Source: Ginglymostoma cirratum
Lineage: Eukaryota
Assembly (NCBI GenBank): GCA_024137785.1
Contig: JAHRHZ010000115.1
Location: forward strand, 418,668 to 482,667
Length of the DNA stretch: 64,000 bases
Reading direction: 5' to 3'
Every line of letters begins with the position of its first letter. Position 1 is the stretch's first letter. The notes beneath the pieces were generated by a model. That model saw nothing but the letters and a program-made list of their open reading frames with translations, was not told the origin of the DNA and searched no databases. This document shows, piece by piece, positions 63,271 through 64,000 of this stretch. The position numbers and the translations under genes were made by a program.

Positions 63271-63642
63271 AGCATCTAGTGATGGCGAGATGAAAAGACG
63301 CACAGTGAGTGCGTGCAATCCTGAGGCTTCTGTCTGTCTCGGGTGATGTGTCTATATATCTCGCTCAATGGTGAAAATGAGGATCAGTTCTCCAAAGGGG
63401 TGTGAACATAATTTTACCATCCGAAACTTCTGTTCCATTCATTGAGTCGTTTGAGATCAAAATCTAGGAATTCAAGTGAACACTTGAAATGTCAGAGATG
63501 CAAAGGCAATGGGCCTAATACAGAAAATTGGAATTGAAATAGATGGATGTTTGACTACCAGCAATGAAACAATGAGCTGAATGCTCCTTTTCCATGTTGT
63601 AAAACTCGATGACGGGAGGAAAGTGATATGCAGTAAAACTGA

Positions 63643-63714
63643 TCCCTGGTGATCTAGTAGTTAGGTTTTGGTGCTTTCACTGCCACAATATGCATTTGAT
63701 TCCTGTTCAAAGAA
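63643..63714 (+). pseudogene. tRNA-Glu(TTC) pseudogene
   Basis: 72 nt colinear with vertebrate tRNA-Glu (TCCCTGGTG.TCTAGT.GTTAGG.TT.GG.GCTTTCAC.GCC...GATTCC.G.TCA..GAA). CpGs deaminated, T-arm and B box broken. Confidence 0.85.
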
Positions 63715-64000
63715 TGTGAGTTCATGTGTTCTGCTAATTTAACAGGACGATAAAATTTCTACGTGATTTCAGAAACAGGAAATAAGTGACAACAATCTTT
63801 ATCATCACAAACTTTATTCAGGTTATTATAAAACAAGGAACTGTAGATGCTGGAACAAAATCAACATTTGCAGCAGAATCTCAACACGTTGAGCAGCATC
63901 TTTGAAAAGAAAGCAATATTTCAATATAACAGATCCAATGACCGTCCTTCAGAACTAGATTTGTTAGGCACCTACTTTAAAATGTTAAAGGAAAATATCT

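Noticed and set aside
63301-63307. Isolated CACAGTG heptamers (also 7869 and 35310)
   Set aside because: No nonamer at 12 or 22/23 bp and no adjacent V, D or J coding sequence.

Overview
Eukaryotic DNA from a cartilaginous fish (shark; an orectolobiform is plausible but not provable from this window). The main content is one complete, germline-unrearranged IgM heavy-chain minilocus on the minus strand, spanning about 22 kb: leader (29185-29233), VH (28755-29059), D1, D2, JH, Cmu1-Cmu4 with secretory tail, TM1 and TM2 (ending 7152). RSS spacers are 23 / 12-22 / 12-12 / 23. The cluster is a pseudogene: JH has a stop in the WGQG motif, the second Cys of Cmu1 is TGA, and Cmu4 has two frameshifts and a stop. 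Leader, VH, TATA box, V/D RSSs, Cmu2, Cmu3 and the TM exons remain open. The rest of the window is mostly decayed CR1/L2 LINEs, at least three Penelope-like (GIY-YIG) families, SINEs, microsatellites, a decayed tRNA-Glu copy and three assembly gaps. The Penelope copies include a 1.1 kb inverted repeat upstream of VH and a 5'-inverted copy. The most interesting unexplained signals are CRE/ATF motifs placed at the RSSs, an intact V on a dead J-C scaffold, and a set of exon-like units downstream of TM2. All calls are by eye; repeat boundaries are approximate and no database search was run.
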